A DNA stretch of 35,846 nt, from positions 48,562 to 84,407 of the forward strand of contig BLSG01000242.1 in assembly GCA_012862495.1 (NCBI GenBank). The letters run 5' to 3'. Below the pieces are notes generated by a model. That model was not told the DNA's origin, made no database searches, and was given only the letters and a program-made list of their open reading frames with translations. Shown in pieces: positions 1 to 8,090 of this stretch. A program made the translations under genes and the position numbers. Within the stretch, counting starts at the first letter, position 1, and every line of letters starts with the position of its first letter. This DNA is from Thraustochytrium aureum. Lineage: Eukaryota.

Positions 1-323
1 GCACAAGTCCAAGAGAAACCTCTTCAAGAACGAATCGAGGATTCACCTCGCCTTGGACGGCGACGCCGCCCCCCGTTCTCGAACCGTCACTCGCGCCGTC
101 CGCGAGGGAAAGGTCTGGAAGGACGCGGCAAGCCTCAAAGGCGCACCGCCGCGCGTCAAACGCGGCCGTCGCGCGCCAGGCCAAAGAGGTGCGGAAACTC
201 CAGTACGCGCTGGACATGAAGGCGCCCCGGAGTAGGATCTCGTTCAACTTCAAGCGCGACTCGTTCTTCTCGGCGTCTAACGACGCGTTCTTCGAGAAAG
301 CGGGCAGCGCGCTCAACGGTTAG
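1..323 (+). CDS. 3' end of a hypothetical protein (partial, begins upstream of window)
   Basis: The frame starting at base 3 is open to TAG 321-323 (...KEVRKLQYALDMKAPRSRISFNFKRDSFFSASNDAFFEKAGSALNG*) with GC3-rich codons. Upstream of the C6 run (69-74), the frame starting at base 2 (HKSKRNLFKNESRIHL) has the better codon bias, suggesting a 1-bp insertion. Confidence 0.5.
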   Translation, partial: TSPRETSSRTNRGFTSPWTATPPPVLEPSLAPSARERSGRTRQASKAHRRASNAAVARQAKEVRKLQYALDMKAPRSRISFNFKRDSFFSASNDAFFEKAGSALNG

Positions 324-470
324 CGCGTCGCACGGTGTGGGTGCCGGCATGCAGCCCTGGCGGCATGGACAAGTTGAGCCGGGGAAGCGTAGCTGATGGT
401 GTAAATTCTCTACCTTGACGAAATGGTTACATGTTGATGACCCCCCAATCGGAGTCGCAGACCGCACAAC

Positions 471-1877
471 CTATCCGTTCCGAACCAGCACGAGGGCCAC
501 ACATAACAGAACAATGCCCAAAGCGGCCTGCACGCCGACGCGAGCCTGCGCCAAGCCCGACGGCCTCTTTGCCATGCGCTGCTGCAAAATTTCGTCCAGC
601 TGCTTCCCAAACGCCTCAAGGCTAAAGCGAGCCGCCACAATCCTGCGGCCAGCCGAGCCCATGGATTGCGCTAGGTTTGGGTCCTCCACGAGCCGCCGCA
701 TCGCCCCTGCAAAGGCCTCGGGCCGCTGCTCGAGCAAAAACCCAGAAATCTGGTCTTGTACAGTCTCTAAAGGCCCCCCGCTGGCAACAGCAAGGACTGG
801 GCAGCCGGCGTACATGGCTTCGAGCGGCACGATCCCAAAGTGCTCACGGTCTGGCGTGTACAACACACACCTTGCAAGGCCCACCAGGACCAGGCGCTGG
901 TCGTCAGAAAAGGAGCGCATGAAGGAAACCTTGGTACTCAGGCCGCGCTCGGCAACAGCCCGTTCGAGCTCTTCCATGTAGGCCACGTTCTCTTCGAGGC
1001 GCGGGTCATAGCCCCCGGCCAAAACGAGGTGCGCCTTCGCAAAGGTCTCGGCCGGCACAATCTCGCCCAGCAAGGCGAACGCTTCGATGGCCAACTTGAG
1101 GTTCTTCTTGCGCTCAAACCGATTGATGGAGAGCAGCACTGCGGAGTTCGCTGTCCCAACGCGTGCAAGGTGCTCGCCGAGTCGCTCTGGCAGCCCCTCC
1201 ATCGCCGCAGCGCGCTGCGCAGGGGTCAGCTCGCGGTCAAACTGCTCCATGTCGATCGACGGGTATAGGACCTGCAGGTCCACGTCTCCGAGCGAGCGGA
1301 ACGATTCGCGGAATATGCTCGCCGTGAATTTGCTGTTGACCACCACTGCGTCGGAGGCCCCGGTTGAGCTCTCCTCCCACCAGTCTATCGGCGCGCGATA
1401 CAGCCGCTTCAGCAGCGAGCCGCGATCAACGCACAAGAGCTTGTCCGGGAAATGGCAATAAAACACGACCTGCCGGCCTGTCGCAGCGCGGAGAAGCGGG
1501 ACCACGTGCGAAACTTGGTCACAAACGAAAATGTCTGGGAGCTCGATCAAGCCCAGCCTGCACTTGACGGCAATCACAAGCGCGACGTAAATCATCCTCA
1601 GCACGGCACAAACGACGTGCAGTCGCCCGAGCACCGTGCGCGGCATCCACGCTCCGTGCACGCGAATTTTGTCCCCGAGCGGGCCGCCAGGCTTGGTCTC
1701 CGAGAAGCACCTCGCAGGGTCGTGGTGCGACGTCCACAAGCATACGTCGTGTCCCCTCTTCGAGAGAGCCATCGCCGCGTTCACGACGAGCATCTCGGCG
1801 CCGCCAATCCCGAGGTCAGGGTGCACGAAGTGCACCGAGAGCTTGCGCCCTGCGCTCGTCGCGGACGGCGCCGCCAT
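471..1877 (-). CDS. ALG2: Alpha-1,3/1,6-mannosyltransferase (GT4 family), 468 aa
   Basis: Signature motifs FVHPDLGIGGAE, DQVS, FYCHFPDKLL, VNSKFT, LSINRFERKKN, AGGYDPR..EN, YTP..EHFGIVPLEAM, SGGPLETV, plus a C-terminal hydrophobic segment. First ATG is at 1877 (the ORF track extends to a non-ATG start). Confidence 0.96.
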   Translation of the reverse strand: MAAPSATSAGRKLSVHFVHPDLGIGGAEMLVVNAAMALSKRGHDVCLWTSHHDPARCFSETKPGGPLGDKIRVHGAWMPRTVLGRLHVVCAVLRMIYVALVIAVKCRLGLIELPDIFVCDQVSHVVPLLRAATGRQVVFYCHFPDKLLCVDRGSLLKRLYRAPIDWWEESSTGASDAVVVNSKFTASIFRESFRSLGDVDLQVLYPSIDMEQFDRELTPAQRAAAMEGLPERLGEHLARVGTANSAVLLSINRFERKKNLKLAIEAFALLGEIVPAETFAKAHLVLAGGYDPRLEENVAYMEELERAVAERGLSTKVSFMRSFSDDQRLVLVGLARCVLYTPDREHFGIVPLEAMYAGCPVLAVASGGPLETVQDQISGFLLEQRPEAFAGAMRRLVEDPNLAQSMGSAGRRIVAARFSLEAFGKQLDEILQQRMAKRPSGLAQARVGVQAALGIVLLCVALVLVRNG

Positions 1878-2064
1878 CCCAGCGCGATCCACTCCGCAAG
1901 GCGCCCAGAGCCCGCCTGCGCCCCCAACTGCGCTGCCCGCCCTCGTCGCGGCGCCCGCTCGAGCGCACAACGCTGCCGCTCAGGCCACCCGCGCCAAACC
2001 TCCAAGCGGGTCTGCCCTGCCCTCAGATCCATCCATCAATCCATTGCCAGCACGACATCGCGGG

Positions 2065-5000
2065 ATGCCACGAGCGGGGATGGACCCTGGCGACGGCGGC
2101 GAGCGCCGCAGCGCGCACGAGCCGCCGCGGCAGCCGTCGCGCGCCACCGATGGCGAAGAGGGCGAGGCCGGCTCCGACCTGGGCCTGCCCGAGCCCGGGC
2201 TGCTGGAAGCCGCCTTCTGCGACGCCGTGGACGAGGTGATCCGCGCCGTGTCGCGCCTCTCCAGGAATGGCCCTCGCCCCGCTCTCGTGGTGCCCGCGGT
2301 GGAGCACGCCCTGAAAGAGCTACGAAGGACGCTTGATCCTGATGGGGACCTCGGGAGGCTGGGCGCAGGAGAGGCGTGCGACGCAACGGCCGAGGCTCCC
2401 GGAGGTCCGGACGCGAGGCTCTTCGCCAAGGCGGCGCTGAACGAGCTCGGCCTCGTTGAGCACCTTGAGCACAACCTTGTTGAGCTGCTTCGGCTTGTGC
2501 TGGAGGACAAGAGGCTCGCGGCCGATCCGAGCATGGCCGCGGCCTTGACGTGGCCGACAACACGCATGGTCGCTGTGGCTTGCTCAGCTCTAGCAGACCT
2601 TCAGGGCTGGAAGATTCACGCAGACTTGCTCCCTTGTGCTGCGTCGGGGCTGGCCCACGAGCTCGCTCTCAATCGCGCGCAGTGTTCCCTGCACGATGGG
2701 CTCCTTCTGGCAGTCGTGCTCCTCGCCAAAGGCACTCGAGGCGCGGCGGACCCACCGCTTGACGGACTCGTGAGCCTTTTGGGCGAGCCAAGCGACGACC
2801 TTGAGTGCTCTGACGGGTCGCAGCGTCAGGCGCCGCCAAGCCTGCGCGTCGCCCTCGTGCCCTGGTTTTCGCGGTACTGCGAAGCGGTGCTTCGGGACGC
2901 GAGCCTGGAGCGCGATCATGAGGTTTCGCGGCTGGACAGGCATTTTTGCCGCGTCTTGTCGGGAGCCACGATGAAGGCTGTCGCGCCGGGCGGGACTCGG
3001 ACCCCCCTTGCTAGGCTTGGGTCGCTTGTGTCGCGGCTCGAACCGTGGATTCGCGTTCCGAGCGCAAGCCAAGCCGAGCGTGTCGATGCGAAGCCGAGCC
3101 GCGGCGGATCGCCACGCAACACGAGCCCTACTGCAGGCGCAACCCGCCTGGCTGTAGCGGTGTTGGAGCCCGATGGGACAGAGGCGTTGCAGGACGACGT
3201 GTTCACCGTGCTCAATCGGCTGCCGAAGCCCCCTTTGGCTACCGCTGCCCAAGCCCGACACGGGGCCGGACGCGATGTGGCCGAGTTTTCTACGGCGCAA
3301 ATGCTCAGCTCTGCAGCGTTCTCAATGGCGCGCGGGTGGGCCCGAGTCCTGACCTTTGGCCTCGGACGCGTGGCCAACTGGCCATTGCGAGAGACCCTCG
3401 ACGCTGCCGACCCACTTGACCAGGTCAACTCTACCGCCTGCTGTCTGCCGTCCGCGGGGCTCCTAACTGCATACTCTCTGCGGGTACTCGAGCAGGCTTC
3501 GCAGGCCGATGCGCCGTGGACTAGGCGGCGGAACGCGCAGAGCGCAGAGGAACGCGCCCAACGGGAGCTTTCGGTACTCCACAAGCTCAAGCGCCGCCCT
3601 AGCGCACTGGGGTTTGCCCAGCACACCTCAAGCCCAAGGCCCCTCGGCACAGATCCAGCATCTGCCCCGGAAGGACGCCGGGCCAGCTCGTCGCTCGACG
3701 AGGCGCTTGCTAGCGGAAGCATTGATTTTGGGACCCTGCAGCGCCCGCACTGGTCTGACGCGCTGCTCGCTTCGCGGTTTGCTGCTGGCCAGCACAGCCG
3801 CAATCTCGCCTATGGTTTGGTAGCAGAGGTGGAAGACGATGGTGTCGAGGCCGCCACTATCGAGGCGATTCGGGTTTTGCGCGAACTTGCCAGGCTTGAT
3901 GTTTCGCTACGATCGCAAATCTTTGACCGCGTGAAGCGCTTCGCACTGGACGACTTTGGGCGCCACATGCCACGCACCTGCTCGGCGCACGCCTCGTGTT
4001 CGTTCCTTGCGGCCGTTGAGCTCGTTCTCGAGCACGGCGGCGCAATTCTGTTCGACCCCAAGCCGGCGTGCTTTCACCTCTTTTCGAGGGGCTTGCGGGA
4101 CAGGTTTCGAGATCCTGTTTTCGCTTTCGAGCTGTTCGACTTTTGCCAGCGCCAGTCAGATCTGCTTGGCATGCACGGGGCTCTTGTCAAGTTTGCGCCA
4201 GGCCTGCTCAAGTGCGCTGCGTGGCATGCGCTTGCGCTTGGGCCTGAGTTGGAGGTTGTCCTGGTCGACCTGATTGAGGCGAGCACTGTCGCGGAGCTGG
4301 TTCACCGTATTCTAGATCTTGGCGCTGTAGCGGTGCTGCTTGAGGCAGCGGGCCCACCTCCTCAAGACGGAAGCGCTCGAGTCGCTGTGGAGCGAAGCAG
4401 CAGCTCCGCGCTCCTGGCCGAGCGCGTTGGGCAGCTTGGTCTGCCTGGGGTGGGCCACGAGGCTGGCGGCTCCTGGGACATTTCGGAGGCGCTCTTATCG
4501 GGTGCGGCGTGGGAGCCGTCGCCAAGCGTGGCAGAAGAGTTGCGCCGAGTTGATGCGCTGTGTGCGAGGCGTCCGCTCCTTCTCTCGCCGCGAGTCGAGG
4601 CGGCGTGCGACTTATCGCGACGCCTACTAGCGCTTCTCGTGCAGCATCTCGGGAATGGCCAAGGCTGCAAAGCGAGCGCCAAAGGAACGAAAGCGCAGGC
4701 CTGCGCGGCGAGTGCTGCGCTGTCGTTGGCGTTGCTAACCCGGTTCAGGTCGCTCGTTTGTCCTATGCGAAAGGAGATGCAGATCGTCGTCTTGCGAGAG
4801 ACTGCGCGAATCGTTGAGCGCGTGCCGCGCGCCATCGTCACGCTGGAGCGGCTGTTGATGGACGCTTTTGCGCGCTACTGCTCGTGGCGTCCAGGAACTG
4901 GCGGGGTCTCGGACCCGAACTCGGATGCGGCTTTGGCAGCTCATGCGTGCGACTTGGTCGAGCTTGCTTGTTGCTTTGGGCCGCCAGGTGACGCTGCGCT

Positions 5001-5322
5001 AAGTGATGCCCTCGACCGCCTCGTGCGCGGGATCGCCATGTTTATTGCCGAAGTTTGTGAGAGGGGTGTTGCTCAGGAAAAGGAGTCGTGGCCGCACGTC
5101 CGGGTCTTGTTGTCGACAATCAGCGCCTTGACCCGTGCGGCGCTCAGATACCCAACAAACTTGCACCTGGTGCAGTTCACGCTTGCCCAAATTGCGGGAG
5201 CCCCCGGCCAAGAGGTGACTGTCGTTGAGAATGCAAGCCGCGCGCTGCAGCGGCTCGGCTGCCCATCGCCGCGCGAAGAACCCCAGAGCCGGACCGGGCC
5301 CTGGGGGAACGCTGACATGTGA
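2065..5322 (+). CDS. AP5Z1: AP-5 adaptor complex subunit zeta-1 (SPG48-like); start at 2065 or 2080
   Basis: Long uninterrupted Leu/Ala-rich helical ORF. Blocks FSTAQMLSSAAFSMARGW, IEAIRVLRELARLDVSL and FAFELFDFC...FAPGLLKCAAW...STVAELVHRILDL resemble conserved AP5Z1 blocks (recalled as QWLNVQAFSMLRAW; LAFEFIQFC...FPNLFKFLAW...LEMLHALLDLP). Confidence 0.8.
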   Translation: MPRAGMDPGDGGERRSAHEPPRQPSRATDGEEGEAGSDLGLPEPGLLEAAFCDAVDEVIRAVSRLSRNGPRPALVVPAVEHALKELRRTLDPDGDLGRLGAGEACDATAEAPGGPDARLFAKAALNELGLVEHLEHNLVELLRLVLEDKRLAADPSMAAALTWPTTRMVAVACSALADLQGWKIHADLLPCAASGLAHELALNRAQCSLHDGLLLAVVLLAKGTRGAADPPLDGLVSLLGEPSDDLECSDGSQRQAPPSLRVALVPWFSRYCEAVLRDASLERDHEVSRLDRHFCRVLSGATMKAVAPGGTRTPLARLGSLVSRLEPWIRVPSASQAERVDAKPSRGGSPRNTSPTAGATRLAVAVLEPDGTEALQDDVFTVLNRLPKPPLATAAQARHGAGRDVAEFSTAQMLSSAAFSMARGWARVLTFGLGRVANWPLRETLDAADPLDQVNSTACCLPSAGLLTAYSLRVLEQASQADAPWTRRRNAQSAEERAQRELSVLHKLKRRPSALGFAQHTSSPRPLGTDPASAPEGRRASSSLDEALASGSIDFGTLQRPHWSDALLASRFAAGQHSRNLAYGLVAEVEDDGVEAATIEAIRVLRELARLDVSLRSQIFDRVKRFALDDFGRHMPRTCSAHASCSFLAAVELVLEHGGAILFDPKPACFHLFSRGLRDRFRDPVFAFELFDFCQRQSDLLGMHGALVKFAPGLLKCAAWHALALGPELEVVLVDLIEASTVAELVHRILDLGAVAVLLEAAGPPPQDGSARVAVERSSSSALLAERVGQLGLPGVGHEAGGSWDISEALLSGAAWEPSPSVAEELRRVDALCARRPLLLSPRVEAACDLSRRLLALLVQHLGNGQGCKASAKGTKAQACAASAALSLALLTRFRSLVCPMRKEMQIVVLRETARIVERVPRAIVTLERLLMDAFARYCSWRPGTGGVSDPNSDAALAAHACDLVELACCFGPPGDAALSDALDRLVRGIAMFIAEVCERGVAQEKESWPHVRVLLSTISALTRAALRYPTNLHLVQFTLAQIAGAPGQEVTVVENASRALQRLGCPSPREEPQSRTGPWGNADM

Positions 5323-5422
5323 GATTGGGAATTAGTAGAGCGTTTACGAACGTAGTCTGTGTCTATCTCGGGCCGGCGCGCCGCAGCCTTTCGCTTCTGT
5401 TGGGCCCGAACGCCTCTGCTAG

Positions 5423-6527
5423 CTAAGCGGAGGGGCCGGGCGCCGCGGAGCCGCGGGCAGCGAATTCGGCCTGCAGTTGAGCCAGCATATCCAACGTGAT
5501 AGCAGATCCGCCGCACACAACCACCACGACGTCGAGATTGCTGGCGACGCCCTCACCCAAAGAGGCCACGTACGCGCGCGTAGCGGCAAGAGCCGCTCCG
5601 CAAGCTGGCTCAGCGAGGACGCGGATGTGGTCTGCCAGGTCGACGCAGCCTTGGACGGCTTGGGCGTCGGATACGAGGCGCGACTCGCAGCCCCCCTGGG
5701 TGAGCAAGCGCGAGGTCGAGGGCGCCTTGCGCCACTTGAAGCGCACCGAGGCTCGTTGCGACCGAGGAAATGCTCGCGATCGGCACCGGGCGCCGAGCAA
5801 GTAGGGCAGCCGCCATGGACGCTGCGCCTTCAGTCTCGGCTGCAATGACCTTTGTTTTCGAAGCCCACTCGCCTCCTGGTCGCGTAGTCCCTGCAAAATG
5901 CCNNNNNNNNNNNNNNNNNNNNNNNNNNNNNNNNNNNNNNNNNNNNNNNNNNNNNNNNNNNNNNNNNNNNNNNNNNNNNNNNNNNNNNNNNNNNNNNNNN
6001 NNNNNNNNNNNNNNNNNNNNNNNNNNNNNNNNNNNNNNNNNNNNNNNNNNNNNNNNNNNNNNNNNNNNNNNNNNNNNNNNNNNNNNNNNNNNNNNNNNNN
6101 NNNNNNNNNNNNNNNNNNNNNNNNNNNNNNNNNNNNNNNNNNNATACGCGGCCTCCGGGTCGGCAGCGCACATCTCTCTCGCGAGCTGGTCCGCCGCGTT
6201 CCAGTTCGCTCCGTGCACGATCACGTCGCCGCCCGCAGCTTTGATCTTGGCGAGCATTAGCGGCTTGGTGGTTGTGGGAACGACCACGGTGGCCGTCATT
6301 CCTCTCGAGACGGCCGCAAACGTTGCGGCGAGGCCGGCGTTCCCTCCGGAGGAAGATATCACGCGCGCCGCGCCGCACGTCTTGTGGTGCTCGCACAGCG
6401 CCCGCATGCCGCGGTCTTTGAACGAGCCCGTGGGCTGGGTAGATTCGAGCTTGAGTCCGAGCCGCCGCACACCGATCGCACTGCGGAGCTGTGGCGCTTC
6501 GAGCAGTGCCGTCGCGGTGCCCGCCAT
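5423..6527 (-). CDS. PLP-dependent L-serine/L-threonine dehydratase (SDS/CHA1-like); contains N gap 5903-6143 and a 1-bp frame break at 5691-5696
   Basis: KLESTQPTGSFKDRG (PLP lysine), SSGGNAGLA, AAETEGA, SVATSLGA. After removing one G from the G6 run it continues CESRLVSDAQAV...RVLAEPACGAALA...VVVVCGGS to TAG. Confidence 0.9.
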
Positions 6528-6953
6528 GATCAGAGCTCCGGAGGACGACTGGGAGGACCAGTGCTCGCTGCTGCCAGAGCTGCGCGCGCTTCGCTTCTCT
6601 GTCTCCCAGTGCGTCCCGAGTCGTGGCACACTTTACTCCATTTTCATTTCGAGATGAGAACAGCACAAAAACGACAGCCCACAGCATGAGAGTTCTCATC
6701 CGATACGCCCAGCTCGGGTCCGGATGGACAAGCGAGGCTTTTGGTGCAGGGCACACCGACTGCGCGCTGGGATGGCTGCATGGTCACAGCGGCATACATG
6801 TTCATAGTTACTAGTAGCGTGTGAAAGTCAAGGGCGGCCGCAGTGAGCGGCCCGCAACCGTCAAGCGAGGGAGGCCCGCCAACAAGCGCCTTCTTCAGCT
6901 CTGCGCTTCTTTCGAGAACACGTCAAGTACTGGCGGGCGATTCGGCAGCAGCA

Positions 6954-7454
6954 CTAGACCACGAGGCCGTGACGTTGGCGCGCATCCACGATGAGCCGGG
7001 CCTTTTGGCAGTCCGCAGCGAACTCGTCCGGCCGTGCAAGATGCCAGAGCTCCGTGTGTTTGGAGCTGCCGGGGCCCTGAACGACAAGCATCACGCTGTT
7101 GGAGGCTACATACGGCACAATATCTACGACCTCGCTCCACGGAAGCGTCTCGACGATCTGCCCTGTGTCGTGCCGCAATGCATAAATGCCGTGATCTGCA
7201 ATCGCAAAGAGGGTTTTGTTGGGCTCTTCGAAGTGCCTCGACACGGGCCTCGACGGCGCGATGCAAAAGCACACAATGTCCATGATGCACTTCGGGTTGT
7301 CGACGTCCATGTCGCCATACGGGCCTACGTGAATATGCCTGTGCACTGCCTCGACCTGGACGCCGGGCGGCAAGGCCCTCTCCGCCCGCCACTTGTCACT
7401 CGGCCCATCCGCGCTGCCCGTCGCCTCTTGGGCAACGTGGGCGCCGGCCGCCAT
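6954..7454 (-). CDS. Small hypothetical protein with PH-like (FERM C-lobe/PTB-like) pattern; start at 7454 or 7490
   Basis: GC3-biased ORF. LFAIADHGIYALRHDTGQIVETLPWSEVVDI followed by beta strands and a terminal helix resembles FERM F3/PH-like folds. Confidence 0.55.
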   Translation of the reverse strand: MAAGAHVAQEATGSADGPSDKWRAERALPPGVQVEAVHRHIHVGPYGDMDVDNPKCIMDIVCFCIAPSRPVSRHFEEPNKTLFAIADHGIYALRHDTGQIVETLPWSEVVDIVPYVASNSVMLVVQGPGSSKHTELWHLARPDEFAADCQKARLIVDARQRHGLVV

Positions 7455-8090
7455 CCCGTCCGCGCCGACGCAGTTCCAAGTCTGTTGCACATGCGCTCCA
7501 CAAGCTTCGCAAGGTTGGTTGCCCAGCGCCTTTTTGTGCCATCATCGTCGACGCGGAAGTAAGTACCCAAGAACTCAGAGTAGACTTGATGAGTACTCGA
7601 GTACAGTACTCTACACAAGGGAAGTCGTGCAACGAGGTTGCAAGCAGGTCCGAGTATGTACTTGGTCGTCGTCGTCCACGGCGACCACGCGGCTGACCGA
7701 TGACCGCCATGAACCCCGCCCGACTCCGTCCACGCGGCCAACGCACGGACCACGCGCCCACGCGCCCACGCGCGCACCGGCGTCTGCGAGATGGCGATGA
7801 AGGCGAGGACCGCAGTCATCGACGACCACCGCGCCGCCCGGAGCGGACAGAAGGAGCGCAGCGGACACATGGAGATAGATAGGTNNNNNNNNNNNNNNNN
7901 NNNNNNNNNNNNNNNNNNNNNNNNNNNNNNNNNNNNNNNNNNNNNNNNNNNNNNNNNNNNNNNNNNNNNNNNNNNNNNNNNNNNNNNNNNNNNNNNNNNN
8001 NNNNNNNNNNNNNNNNNNNNNNNNNNNNNNNNNNNNNNNNNNNNNNNNNNNNNNNNNNNNNNNNNNNNNNNNNNNNNNNNNNNNCGCGCG

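Noticed and set aside
7586..7696. C/D-box snoRNA (TTGATGA...CTGA)
   Set aside because: No clear terminal stem or recognisable rRNA guide; such short motifs occur by chance.
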